In this document: one piece after another, positions 9,960 to 19,565 of the stretch
Layout of the letters: each line of letters starts with the position of its first letter
How positions within the stretch are numbered: the first letter of the stretch is position 1
Assembly: GCA_965203515.1 (NCBI GenBank)
Contig: OZ241907.1
Coordinates: forward strand, 768,001-832,000
Direction: 5' to 3'
Source of the DNA: Spirochaetia bacterium
GTDB taxonomy: Bacteria > Spirochaetota > Spirochaetia > SZUA-6 > Bin103
Length of the DNA stretch: 64,000 nt
Made by a program: the position numbers and the translations under genes
Notes under the pieces: model-generated
Database searches by the model: none
The model's input: the letters and a program-made list of their open reading frames with translations, nothing else
Told to the model about the DNA's origin: nothing

Positions 9960-10427
9960 TTACCAGCAGCCCAGCAGGCGGCGCAGCAGGACGATCTGAC
10001 CGACGTGGTAGGCGTTGTGGTCGGCCAGCACCAGCGCCTCGCGCAGCAGGGTCTGGCCGGTGCCGTGCGGGATCGGCCGATACAGGTCGGCCGTCGGGTC
10101 CGAGATCAGCCGGACCATCGCCGCGCGGTCGGTCAGGAACGCATCGACGCTTCGCTGCCAGGCGCCGGCCGGCGGCGCCGCGGCGTCGGGCCAGTAGCCG
10201 CCGGGATGCTCGGGCGACACGTGGCCGGGATCGCGGCTGAACTCCAGGATGTCCCACTGCGCGATGCGGAGATGTTCGAGCTGCTGCCACAGGGAGGAGG
10301 CGGCGCCGGCCGGGACCGCTCCGCGCAGATGCTCCGGGACGCCGGCCACCGCCTGCTCGAATGGCACGTGCGCCCCGCGGCCGGCCAGCAGGTTCGCCGC
10401 GTGCTCGCGTACCGCCCGGTCACTCAT
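9960..10427 (-). CDS. DinB family protein
   Basis: SLWQQLEHLRIAQ, ADHNAYHVGQI. Confidence 0.9.
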   Translation of the reverse strand: MSDRAVREHAANLLAGRGAHVPFEQAVAGVPEHLRGAVPAGAASSLWQQLEHLRIAQWDILEFSRDPGHVSPEHPGGYWPDAAAPPAGAWQRSVDAFLTDRAAMVRLISDPTADLYRPIPHGTGQTLLREALVLADHNAYHVGQIVLLRRLLGCW

Positions 10428-10827
10428 CGTGCGCCTCCCGGTCAGTCACCACGGCGTCGATCTCGATCTCCACCACGTGCTCGGGCATCATCAAGCCCGA
10501 CACTTCGGCCATCGTCATGGCCGGCCGGACGGCGCCGAGCAGCTCGGCATGCGCGCGGCCGATCGGGTCGGCGTCGCCGATGTCGGTCACCCAGTAGCGG
10601 GCGCGGACCACGTCGGCCAGCGAGGCGCCCACGTCCCGCAGCGCCCGTTCGATCTTGCGCAGGATGAAGATCGTCTGGCCGTGCGGGTCGCCGACCGCCA
10701 CCGGCCGGCCGTCGCCGCCGGTAGCGCTGGTGCCGGCCACGAACACCAGATCGCCGGCGCGCACGGCGCGCGAATAGCCGTAGCGCTCCTCCCACGGAGC
10801 GCCGGACGAGGTGCGTCGTCTGATCAC
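10420..10827 (-). CDS. RidA (YjgF/YER057c/UK114) family protein
   Basis: SSGAPWEERYGYSRAV, RPAMT, VEIEIDA; GTG 10827 with AGGAGG upstream. Confidence 0.9.
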   Translation of the reverse strand: MIRRRTSSGAPWEERYGYSRAVRAGDLVFVAGTSATGGDGRPVAVGDPHGQTIFILRKIERALRDVGASLADVVRARYWVTDIGDADPIGRAHAELLGAVRPAMTMAEVSGLMMPEHVVEIEIDAVVTDREAHDE

Positions 10828-11117
10828 GTCGAGCCTCCTGGCCGGCGGATGACGCCGGATGTTGCCCCCCAGTATGAAGGCGACCCGCCCGCGGCGCGAC
10901 ACGGCGGCAGGGGATCGAGTGATCCGCGGCCGGGCGCTTTCGGGTCGGGATGTGTCATTCTTACCCGGTTCCTGGTCACTATTACGCACGAGTGTCACAA
11001 TGACCCGATAAGCACAGGCTGGCCCGATAGGAACATCCGCGCGTGCGTTTCGTGCCATCGATATAATTCACTTCACGGCAGATGTTTACCGAAATTAATA
11101 GGCGAGCGGTGCGCAAG

Positions 11118-11134
11118 TTGGCACGGGTTCTGCT
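11118..11134 (+). promoter_or_regulatory. Sigma54 (-24/-12) promoter of hsp20
   Basis: TTGGCACG-GGTT-CTGCT, one mismatch to YTGGCACG-N4-TTGCW with correct GG/GC spacing. Confidence 0.7.
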
Positions 11135-11179
11135 ACATGGGTTGGCATGAGACACGATCTCAACCACAGGAGGAACACC

Positions 11180-11614
11180 ATGAGGACCTTGGTGCCATAC
11201 CGACCCGGACGCGTGAGCCTGTTCGACACGATCGGAGCGATCGACCACGTCTTCGACGCGGTCTTCGCCGAGCCGGTGCGGCGCGCCGGCGCCCCGGCCG
11301 TCGACATCCGCGAGGAGGATGACGGCTATCTGGTGCAGGTCGACCTGCCCGGCGTCGCCGAGCAGGACCTGAAGGTCAGCGTCGACGACAACGTGCTGAC
11401 GATTTCGGCCAAGGCCGGCAAGGACGCCGACCGCAAGGCCGACGGCTACCTGGTACGGGAGCGCCGGTACGCCGGGTACACGCGCAGCTTCGTGCTGCCG
11501 CGCGATGCCGACTCCGGGGGCGTGACCGCCTCGTTCGCGGACGGGCTGCTGACGCTGAACGTCCCGAAGACCGAGGCGAGCAAGGCCCGCCGGATCCCGG
11601 TCAACGCCGCCTAG
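11180..11614 (+). CDS. Hsp20/alpha-crystallin small heat-shock protein
   Basis: PAVDIRE, DLPGV, RERRYAGYTRSFVLP, DGLLTLNVPK; AGGAGG RBS. Confidence 0.95.
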   Translation: MRTLVPYRPGRVSLFDTIGAIDHVFDAVFAEPVRRAGAPAVDIREEDDGYLVQVDLPGVAEQDLKVSVDDNVLTISAKAGKDADRKADGYLVRERRYAGYTRSFVLPRDADSGGVTASFADGLLTLNVPKTEASKARRIPVNAA

Positions 11615-11637
11615 CCGCGACACGACCGCACGCACGG

Positions 11638-11675
11638 AGGCCCCGCGCCGGCTCCGGCCGGCCCGGGGCCTTTTG
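11638..11675 (+). terminator. Intrinsic terminator after hsp20
   Basis: AGGCCCCG...CGGGGCCT stem followed by T-run. Confidence 0.6.
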
Positions 11676-11748
11676 CGCATTGGGTCCTCGTGAACCGGGA
11701 TGCCAATGCGCCGGCGCGCCGGATCGCGTGACCGGCTATGCTGCCCGC

Positions 11749-14262
11749 ATGACGGACTATCGGCCGATCGATCTGGAACGCCTGTGCAACGCGGGCGTCG
11801 ACGCGTTGCCGGAGCTCGCGCACGAACCGCCGGTCGGCCGGCAGCTCCTGCAGGGGCTGCCGTTCCACATCGGCGGCGCGGAGCCGGAGCCGAGCCGTTG
11901 CCTGATCCGCTGCGGACCGGAGTCGGGCGGGGTGACGATCTCCATCGGGCGCGCCTGCCATACGGTGGTCGTCGCCCACGCCCTGACCGAGAGCCGCCTC
12001 ATGGACGGCGGCCCGCTCGGCCGGCCGGTCGCCGCCTACACGTTCCGCGCCGCCGGCGGCGGCGCGCCGGACGGAGCCTCCGTCACAGCGGTCCGCGAAC
12101 GGTTCGAGATCGCGGCGCCGTTCCGCGACCGCCCGTTCATCGCGGTCGAAGACCGGGGCGAACACCTGCTGCCGCGCTACGAGGGCCGCTGGGACGACGC
12201 CGGGCGGCGCCAGACCGAGGCGTCGCGCGGGCCGGCGACCTGGTTCCTCTGGGCGTGGCGCAACCCCGATCCCGAGCGAGTGGTCGAAGCGCTCGTCATC
12301 GAGCCGGCCGCCGACGGGCCGGCCTTCGTCATCGCCGGCGTCACCACCGGCCACGTCGACGAGCACCCGTTTACCCGCCAGGGACGGCGCGACGTGAAGC
12401 TCACGCTGACCGATCCGGAGGCGGCCCGGCGGCCGTTCGACCTGGACGTGACCGTCGACCGCGGCATCGCCACCTACGCGCATCCGCTGCCCGAGGCGGA
12501 CGCGGAGACCTTCACCGGCGACGCCTATGCCGGCTGGGGAGAGGCGCAGAACCCCGCTGCCAGCCCGGCGTACACGGAGATCGCCGCGACGCCGTCGGCC
12601 ACCGTGTCCGTAACGCAGGACGGCGCTCCCGTGGGCCGCGTGCGCTGGGGAGAGGTCCAGGAGCGCGGCAGCGCCGAGGACGGCGGCCTGCGGGTGGAGC
12701 TGCTGGACGGCGGCCGCAACTGGGTGCACGTGACGGTGCTCGACGCCGACACCGGGCAGCCGGTGCCGTGCCGCGTGCACTTCCGCTCGCCGGCCGGCGT
12801 CCCGTTCCAGCCGCACGGCCACCACAATCAGGTCAACTCCAACAACGGCAGTTGGCACGTCGACGTGGGCGGCGACGTGCGGCTGGGCCAGATCACCTAT
12901 GCCTACATCGACGGCCGCTGTCAGGGCTGGCTGCCGCGCGGCGACGTGATCGTCGACGCGGCGCGCGGCTTCGAGTACCAGCCGCTACGCACCCGCGTGC
13001 GCATCGAACCCGGCCGGCGGGAGCTGACGCTGCGGCTCAAGCGCTGGACCGACATGAACGCGCAGGGGTGGTACTCCGGCGACTCGCACGTCCACTTCCT
13101 GTCCGCGCAGGGCAGCCATACCGAGTCGCAGGGCGAGGACCTGAACGTGGTCAACCTGCTGCAGTCGCAGTGGGGCAGCCTGTTCACCAACGCCGAGGAG
13201 TTCACCGGCGGGGCCAGCGTCCACCAGCAGGGCAACAACATCGTCTACGTCAGCCAGGAGAACCGGCAGCACTTCCTGGGTCACCTGATCCTGTGGGGGC
13301 TCAAGGAACCGGTGATGCCGTGGTGCAGCGACGGCCCGGGCGAGGCGGAGCCGGGCGGCAGCCTGGACGTGACCATGAGCGACTGGGCCGATCGGACCCA
13401 CGCGCAGGGCGGCCACGTCATCATCCCGCACCTGCCCAATCCAAACGGCGAGCCGGCCGCGCTGATCGCCACCGGCCGCGCCGACGGCGTGGAGATGCTG
13501 CGGCAGGGCGAGTTCAACCACCTGGAGTACTACCGCTACCTGAACTGCGGCTATCGGCTGCCCCTGGTCGGCGGCACCGACAAGATGTCGAGCGACGTCC
13601 CGATCGGCCTGTACCGGACCTACGCGCGGGTCGGCGACCAGCAGGAGTTCACGTACCGCGCCTGGTGCGACACCGTGCAGCAGGGCCGGACGTTCCTGAG
13701 CGGCGGCCCGCTGATCGGCTTGACCGTCGACGGCGCCGACATCGGCGACACGCTCCGGCTCTCAGCGGCCGGAACGGTGGAGGTGCATGCCTGGGCGGAG
13801 AGCATCCTGCCGATCCACACGCTGCAGATCGTGCAGGAGGGCAGGGTAGTCGCGCAGGCGGACGCCGCCGACACCGGCGGCGCCGGGCGCCGGCGGCTGG
13901 AGCTGCGCGAGACGGTCAGGATCGACCGCCATAGCTGGCTGGCGGCGCGCGTCGGCGGGCCGGGCTACGGCCAGGTCGATCATCACGACGGCTGGCAACG
14001 CGGCATCTTCGCCCACACCTCGCCGGTCTACGTCTCGGTCGGCGGCGAGTGGTCGATGTTCGACCGCGCCGCCGCCGAGTACATGCTCACCCTCATCGAC
14101 GGCTGCCTGTCGTACGTGCGGCACACGGCGCCGCTGCGGCCCGACGCGGAGACCACGTTCCACCACGGCGATCCCGACCACCTGGCCTACCTGGAGCGGC
14201 CGTTCCACGAGGCGCGGGAAGCGATCCATCGCCGCATGCACCGGCTGGGCATCCCGCACTGA
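11749..14262 (+). CDS. CehA/McbA-like PHP-fold metallohydrolase
   Basis: WYSGDSHVH, YYRYLNCGYRLPLVGGTD, GRTFLSGGP, FAHTSPVYV. Confidence 0.75.
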   Translation: MTDYRPIDLERLCNAGVDALPELAHEPPVGRQLLQGLPFHIGGAEPEPSRCLIRCGPESGGVTISIGRACHTVVVAHALTESRLMDGGPLGRPVAAYTFRAAGGGAPDGASVTAVRERFEIAAPFRDRPFIAVEDRGEHLLPRYEGRWDDAGRRQTEASRGPATWFLWAWRNPDPERVVEALVIEPAADGPAFVIAGVTTGHVDEHPFTRQGRRDVKLTLTDPEAARRPFDLDVTVDRGIATYAHPLPEADAETFTGDAYAGWGEAQNPAASPAYTEIAATPSATVSVTQDGAPVGRVRWGEVQERGSAEDGGLRVELLDGGRNWVHVTVLDADTGQPVPCRVHFRSPAGVPFQPHGHHNQVNSNNGSWHVDVGGDVRLGQITYAYIDGRCQGWLPRGDVIVDAARGFEYQPLRTRVRIEPGRRELTLRLKRWTDMNAQGWYSGDSHVHFLSAQGSHTESQGEDLNVVNLLQSQWGSLFTNAEEFTGGASVHQQGNNIVYVSQENRQHFLGHLILWGLKEPVMPWCSDGPGEAEPGGSLDVTMSDWADRTHAQGGHVIIPHLPNPNGEPAALIATGRADGVEMLRQGEFNHLEYYRYLNCGYRLPLVGGTDKMSSDVPIGLYRTYARVGDQQEFTYRAWCDTVQQGRTFLSGGPLIGLTVDGADIGDTLRLSAAGTVEVHAWAESILPIHTLQIVQEGRVVAQADAADTGGAGRRRLELRETVRIDRHSWLAARVGGPGYGQVDHHDGWQRGIFAHTSPVYVSVGGEWSMFDRAAAEYMLTLIDGCLSYVRHTAPLRPDAETTFHHGDPDHLAYLERPFHEAREAIHRRMHRLGIPH

Positions 14263-14279
14263 GCCGCGCAGGAGCGCCT

Positions 14280-15596
14280 TTACCCTTCCAGCGACAGCAG
14301 CAGCGGCTCCTCCAGGGCTTCGACGATCCAGCCCAGGAAGCGCACCGCATCGGGCCAGTCGATCACCCGATGGTCGCAGGTCAGCGACAGCGGCAGCCGG
14401 GGTACCGGTCCGTCGGCGCCGTCGAGCGCCGGCTCGCGCTCCGATGGCGATACGCCCAGTATCGCCGCTTCCGGTGGGTTGACCTGCGGCGTGAAGTGCC
14501 CGCACCCGCGGCCGACCAGTCCCAGGAAGCCGAGATCGCAGATCGAGAAGCAGCCGCCCTGCGTCTCGGCCGGGTCGAGCGTGCCCGCCTGCGCCCGCGC
14601 TGACAGGTCGTCGAGCTCGGCGGCGAGCTGCAGCATGTTCTTGCGGTCGGCGTCGCGGATCACCGGAAACGTCAGACCGTGCGCGGTCTCCACGGCGATG
14701 CCGACGTGACGGTAGCCCCGCCGCACCAGCGTGCCGGCGGCGATGTCGACGCTGCCGTTGAACTGCGGGAACACCTTCAGGGCGGAGGCGGCCACCTTGG
14801 TCAGCATGGCGGTGAGCGTCAGCGTGCCGCCGGCCGCCTCGGCCCGGGGCGCATAGCGTGCGCGCAGCGCCTGCAGGCGGGTGACGTCGGCGGTGGCGTG
14901 CTGGGTGACCATCGGCACGGTCTGACACGCCTGGCTGCGGCGTGCGGCCGTCCTGAGCCGTGCGGCGCTCAGCGGCGCCACCTCGACCGGACCCCACGCG
15001 CTCAGGTCGGGCAGCGGGTCGGTCACCGGAGCCGGGACCGCCGGCGCACCGCCGGCGGCCGGCCGGCCGGCCAGCGCGCGCACGTCGCGTTCGCGGATGC
15101 GGCCTCCCTTGCCGGAGCCGGCGGCGTGCCGCCAATCGACGCCCAGCTCGCGCGCGACCCGCCTGGCCCGGGGGCTGGAGGCCGGCCGGCCGTCCAACCT
15201 CTGACCGCCGCCGGGGGGCGCCGCCGTGCCGGCCGCCGCGGCGGGCGCCGGGGCCGATGGCGGCGCGTCCGGCGGCGGACCGGACGGCGGTGCCGCGCCG
15301 GCAGCGGTCGGCTGGCCGGCCGGCTCGGCGGCTACCTCCGGGACCGGCTCTCCTTCGGCGAGGAGCCAGCCGATCACGGTCCCGACGGTCAGCTCCGCGC
15401 CGGGCTCGGCCACGCCCGGCCGGATGCGCAGGATGCCCTCGTCCTCCGATTCGACCTCCTCGGTCGCCTTTTCCCCCTCGACCGAGAAGATCGGGTCGCC
15501 GGCGGCGACCGCCTCGCCGTCCTGCTTGAGCCACTGCCCGAACACGCCCGACTCCATCGACCAGCCGAGCCGCGGGACCATCACCTCGACCGCCAT
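14280..15596 (-). CDS. Dihydrolipoamide acyltransferase (E2) of a 2-oxoacid/acetoin dehydrogenase complex
   Basis: Lipoyl domain (VEGEKATEEV), E3-binding SPRARRVARELGVD...GSGKGGRI, DHRVID. Confidence 0.9.
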   Translation of the reverse strand: MAVEVMVPRLGWSMESGVFGQWLKQDGEAVAAGDPIFSVEGEKATEEVESEDEGILRIRPGVAEPGAELTVGTVIGWLLAEGEPVPEVAAEPAGQPTAAGAAPPSGPPPDAPPSAPAPAAAAGTAAPPGGGQRLDGRPASSPRARRVARELGVDWRHAAGSGKGGRIRERDVRALAGRPAAGGAPAVPAPVTDPLPDLSAWGPVEVAPLSAARLRTAARRSQACQTVPMVTQHATADVTRLQALRARYAPRAEAAGGTLTLTAMLTKVAASALKVFPQFNGSVDIAAGTLVRRGYRHVGIAVETAHGLTFPVIRDADRKNMLQLAAELDDLSARAQAGTLDPAETQGGCFSICDLGFLGLVGRGCGHFTPQVNPPEAAILGVSPSEREPALDGADGPVPRLPLSLTCDHRVIDWPDAVRFLGWIVEALEEPLLLSLEG

Positions 15597-15620
15597 CCGC
15601 CTCTCCTCACTCGTCCGTTC

Positions 15621-16619
15621 TCACTCGTCGCGCAGGTCCAGGACCGCCTGCACGATGGCATCGGTGCCGATGGTGATCTCGTGTTCCAGGACCGGGCTGT
15701 ACGGCGCCGGCGCGAAGCCGCAGTGCAGCCGCCGTATCGGCGCGTCCAGATCGTCGAATGCCTCATCGCCGACCCGGGCGGCGATGTCGGCGGCCACGCT
15801 GCACGGCGCGTAGTCCTCCTCCACCACCAGCAGCCGTCCCGTCTTGTGGACCGAATCAGCGATCGTCTCCAGGTCGAGCGGCGCCGCGGTGCGCGGGTCG
15901 ATTACCTCGACCGAGACGCCCTGCCGCTCCAGGAGCTCGGCGGCCGCCACGCATCGGGGCACCATCGCCGCGATCGCCACGATCGTGATCTCGTTCCCTT
16001 CCCGAACGACCTCGGCCCGGCCGAACGGTATGGCGAAGTCGCCGTCCGGCACCTCCTCCTTCAACGCCAGCAACGCCCGGTGTTCCAGGAACACCACCGG
16101 ATCGTGCGAGCGCAGCGCGGTCGTCAACAGCCCCTTCGCGGTTCGCGGCCCCGACGGCAACGCGACGTGGAAGCCCGGTTGATGAACCAGGAACGAGTAG
16201 TAGCTGCCCGAGTGGTGCGACGACCCGGACTTGTAGAGCCCGATGCAGGCGCGGATCACCATCGGCACGGTGATGCGGCCCGAGCTCATCCACCGCATGC
16301 GCGACGCCTGGTTGATCAGGTCCCCGAACGCGTCGAGCGCGAAGTCGATGAACATGAAGTCGACGACCGGGCGGGCGCCGGCGATGGCCGCCCCCACGCA
16401 CATGGTGGAGAACCCCCGCTCGCAGATCGGCGTGTCGCGCAGCCGCGCCGGGCCGTGCCGGCCGTACAGGCCCGTGGTCGTGCCGAAGTTGCCGCCGCGT
16501 TCGCCGATGCCTTCGCCGACCACGAAGATCGTCGCGTCGCGCTCCATTTCCTGCGCCAGCGCCGCGCGGGCGGCCTCGACGTAGCCGGTCTCCGGCATGC
16601 CGCTCCCGCCGCCCGTCAT
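15621..16619 (-). CDS. 2-oxoacid/acetoin dehydrogenase E1 beta subunit
   Basis: RLRDTPICE, RPVVDFMFIDF, DPVVFLEH, EVIDPRT; start 16619 or 16598. Confidence 0.9.
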   Translation of the reverse strand: MTGGGSGMPETGYVEAARAALAQEMERDATIFVVGEGIGERGGNFGTTTGLYGRHGPARLRDTPICERGFSTMCVGAAIAGARPVVDFMFIDFALDAFGDLINQASRMRWMSSGRITVPMVIRACIGLYKSGSSHHSGSYYSFLVHQPGFHVALPSGPRTAKGLLTTALRSHDPVVFLEHRALLALKEEVPDGDFAIPFGRAEVVREGNEITIVAIAAMVPRCVAAAELLERQGVSVEVIDPRTAAPLDLETIADSVHKTGRLLVVEEDYAPCSVAADIAARVGDEAFDDLDAPIRRLHCGFAPAPYSPVLEHEITIGTDAIVQAVLDLRDE

Positions 16620-17638
16620 GGCCGACCAGGACGTGGGCCGGCCAGGACGTGGTCGAGCACCGTAGCCGGATCGGGCTCGCCGCCGGCCAGCGCCGCCTGG
16701 TCGGCGGACTCGACCGCCGCCGCGATCTCCGCCTCCATCGCGTCCAGCTCCTCGGCAGAGGCCATCCCGTCGTCGATCAGGCAGGTCCGCAGCGCCCTGA
16801 TCGGGTCGCCGGTCTTCCACGACTCGATCTCTTCCCGGGACCGATAGCCGGTCTCCCTCATCCCCTCCGCGTGCGGCCGGTGCCGGTAGGTGCGGCACTC
16901 CAGCAGGGTCGGCCCGCCGCCGGAGCGCGCGCGCGCGATCGCCTGACCGGCTTCCCGACAGACTGCGCGCACGTCGTTGCCGTCGATCACGGCGTGCGGC
17001 AGCGCGTACGCCTCCGCCTTCCTGGCGACGCTCCGTTCATTGGTCACGGTCGCAAACGGCACCTCGGTGGCGTACCGGTTGTTCTCGCAGACGAACAGCA
17101 CGGGCAGCTCCCAGACCGCGGCCATGTTGCAGCCCTCGTGGAACGCGCCGTTGTTGACCGCGCCGTCGCCGAAGTAGGCCACGCTCACCCGGTCGGACTC
17201 GACCAGCTTGAAGGTGTAGGCGGCGCCGGCGGCCAGCAGGATGCTCGGGCCGACGATGCCGCTGGTGCCCATCAGCCCGATCTCCGGCTTGAACAGGTGC
17301 ATGCTGCCGCCCCGGCCGCCGGAAGCGCCGCCCGCCCGGCCGTACAGCTCCGCGAACAACTCGACCGGCGGCAGCCCCTTGGCCAGCGCGTGGCCGTGGC
17401 CGCGATGCGTGCCGAAGATCAGGTCGTCGTCGCGCAGCTCGGCGCTCACGCCGGTGGCGACCGCCTCCTGGCCGATACAGGTGTGGCAGCCGCCGTAGAT
17501 CAGACCGGCCCGGAACGACCGGACCAGCCGCTCCTCGCACTTCCTGATCGTGACCATGGTCCGGTACAGGCGCAGCAGCAGGTCGCCGCTCAGCATCTCT
17601 TCCGGACGGTTCCGCGCCGCCGCCGACTGTGGTTTCAT
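16616..17638 (-). CDS. 2-oxoacid/acetoin dehydrogenase E1 alpha subunit (TPP-dependent)
   Basis: GQEA, THRGHGH, GRGGSMH, FGDGA...ENNRY. Confidence 0.92.
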   Translation of the reverse strand: MKPQSAAARNRPEEMLSGDLLLRLYRTMVTIRKCEERLVRSFRAGLIYGGCHTCIGQEAVATGVSAELRDDDLIFGTHRGHGHALAKGLPPVELFAELYGRAGGASGGRGGSMHLFKPEIGLMGTSGIVGPSILLAAGAAYTFKLVESDRVSVAYFGDGAVNNGAFHEGCNMAAVWELPVLFVCENNRYATEVPFATVTNERSVARKAEAYALPHAVIDGNDVRAVCREAGQAIARARSGGGPTLLECRTYRHRPHAEGMRETGYRSREEIESWKTGDPIRALRTCLIDDGMASAEELDAMEAEIAAAVESADQAALAGGEPDPATVLDHVLAGPRPGRP

Positions 17639-17679
17639 AGCGAACCTGACTCCTGCAGCGAGCGAGGTTCCCGTATCCG

Positions 17680-18519
17680 ATGCCGTACCGTCAACGCAAT
17701 CTGTTCGACCTGAGCGGCCGCGTCGCCGTGGTGTCCGGCGCGGCCAGCGGCCTGGGCCGCGCCATGTCGATCGGCTTTGCCGAGTACGGCGCCGATCTGC
17801 TGCTGGCCGACATCGACGCGGCGGGCATGGAGGAGACGGCCGGGACGATCGAAGCGCTCGGCCGGAGGGCCGTTCCGGTGGTGTGCGACGTCTCGCAGCC
17901 GGATCGGATCGATGCGCTCTACCGGACGCTCGACCGGGAGTTCGGGCGGATCGACGTGCTTGGCAACGTGGCCGGGGAAGGGGTCGACGACGACCCCGCG
18001 CGGCTCACCGCCGAGCAGCTCCGGCACGCCATGCAGAACCTCGTGATCGGCCGCTTTCACTGCACGCGCGAGGCCGGCCGGCGCATGCTCGCCGCCGGCA
18101 AGGGCAGCATCATGAGCATCGTCTCGATCGCCGGTCTCTCCGCGCTCGGCCGGCATCACCTCGCCTACAGCATGGCGATGGGCGCGGTCGCGCAGATGAC
18201 CCGCGAGCTCAGCTCGGAGTGGGCGCCGCTGGGCGTCCGCGTGAACGCCATCGTCTGCGCCCAGATCGAGAACCGGGGCCTGCGGCAGCGCATGGAGGCC
18301 GATCCGGTCCTGCGCGGCAACTTCCTGCGCGGCCTGCCGATCGGCCGCCTGGGCCGGCCCGACGAGATCAAGGGCCTGGCGATCCTGCTCGCCTCGGACG
18401 CATCGTCGTTCATGACCGGCGCGCTCATTCCGCTCGACGGCGGCAATCTGGCCAAGAACGCCGGCGGCTCACACCCTGGCATGCCGCCGCTCGCGCCGAT
18501 AGGGTGCGCGGGCGGATGA
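17680..18519 (+). CDS. Short-chain dehydrogenase/reductase
   Basis: SGAASGLG, YSMAMG (YxxxK Lys replaced by Met), VRVNAI, MTGALIPLDGG. Confidence 0.85.
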   Translation: MPYRQRNLFDLSGRVAVVSGAASGLGRAMSIGFAEYGADLLLADIDAAGMEETAGTIEALGRRAVPVVCDVSQPDRIDALYRTLDREFGRIDVLGNVAGEGVDDDPARLTAEQLRHAMQNLVIGRFHCTREAGRRMLAAGKGSIMSIVSIAGLSALGRHHLAYSMAMGAVAQMTRELSSEWAPLGVRVNAIVCAQIENRGLRQRMEADPVLRGNFLRGLPIGRLGRPDEIKGLAILLASDASSFMTGALIPLDGGNLAKNAGGSHPGMPPLAPIGCAGG

Positions 18520-19519
18520 CGTTGAGCAACGGCTCGCCGGCGCCGAAGCGGCGCAGATTCTCGCCGACCATGTTGCGTATCTCCGCCTGGAAGAACGGCG
18601 ACTCCGGCGAGCAGTGCGGGGAAAGCAGCAGGTTCGGGGCGTCGCGCAGCGGATCGCCGGCCGGCAGCGGCTCCGTGCGGAACACGTCCAGCGCGGCGCC
18701 GCCGATCCGTCCGGCGGACAGGGCTTGGGCCAGCGCCGCTTCGTCGACCAGCCCGCCGCGGGCCATGTTGACGAGCACCGCCTGCGGCTTGCAGCGCCGC
18801 AGGAACGCGGCGTCGACCAGCCGCTCGGTCCGCTCGTCCAGGCGCACGGCCAGCACGACGTAGTCGAGCTCGCGGAGCGTTTCCGGCAGCGACTCGAACG
18901 CGATCCAGCGGTCCGGCAGCTCGCCTTCCGGGTCGCCGGTGCCGGGCGTGCGGTAGGTGAGCTGCTGCCGCTTTCCCGTGCGGCCGAGGGTGGCTGTCAC
19001 CCGCATGCCCAGCAGGTGGCAGAGGCGCCCGACCTGCCGGCCGATCGCCCCGTACCCGACGATGCCGACGGTGCGGCCGTGCAGGACGGCCGCCGACATC
19101 TCCGCCCGCCGGTCGCGGTGCCAGGTGCGGTCCTGCTCATGGTGGAGGATGCGCCGGAACCGATGCGCGAAGAACAACATCGCGCCCAGCGTCCACTCCG
19201 CGATCGGCACGGCGGCCGGACCGCTGCCGTGACAGACCGCTACGCCGGGGGCCGACACCAGCGCGTCCGGCAGGTCCTCGTGCCCGGCGTTGAGCGTCTG
19301 CACCCAGCGCAGGCGGGGCGTCAGCCGCGGCTCCGGCAGCCACCCGTTGCTGATCAGCCCCTCGATCGCCGGCAGCAGGCCGGCCGGCGGGGCATCGCCG
19401 AAGGCGCGCACTTCGACGCCGGGGACGTTGCCGAGCGGGTCGCCGAGTCCGGCGTCCGTGAACTGCCGGTGCGGATCGATCAGCGCGACCAGGTGCGGGG
19501 AGCGCCGCGGTGCGGACAC
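18425..19519 (-). CDS. D-2-hydroxyacid dehydrogenase
   Basis: GYGAIG, VNMARGGLVDE, AALDVFRTEPLP, SPH; start uncertain (GTG 19519). Confidence 0.85.
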   Translation of the reverse strand: MSAPRRSPHLVALIDPHRQFTDAGLGDPLGNVPGVEVRAFGDAPPAGLLPAIEGLISNGWLPEPRLTPRLRWVQTLNAGHEDLPDALVSAPGVAVCHGSGPAAVPIAEWTLGAMLFFAHRFRRILHHEQDRTWHRDRRAEMSAAVLHGRTVGIVGYGAIGRQVGRLCHLLGMRVTATLGRTGKRQQLTYRTPGTGDPEGELPDRWIAFESLPETLRELDYVVLAVRLDERTERLVDAAFLRRCKPQAVLVNMARGGLVDEAALAQALSAGRIGGAALDVFRTEPLPAGDPLRDAPNLLLSPHCSPESPFFQAEIRNMVGENLRRFGAGEPLLNVIRPRTLSARAAACQGVSRRRSWPDCRRRAE

Positions 19520-19565
19520 GGGCGAGGTTATCGCTTGGCCGGCGGCATGCTGTAAAGTCGGCGCG

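Noticed and set aside
18425..18519. 95-bp convergent overlap between the SDR and the 2-hydroxyacid dehydrogenase
   Set aside because: Tail extensions from stop-codon scarcity in GC-rich DNA; no evidence of function.
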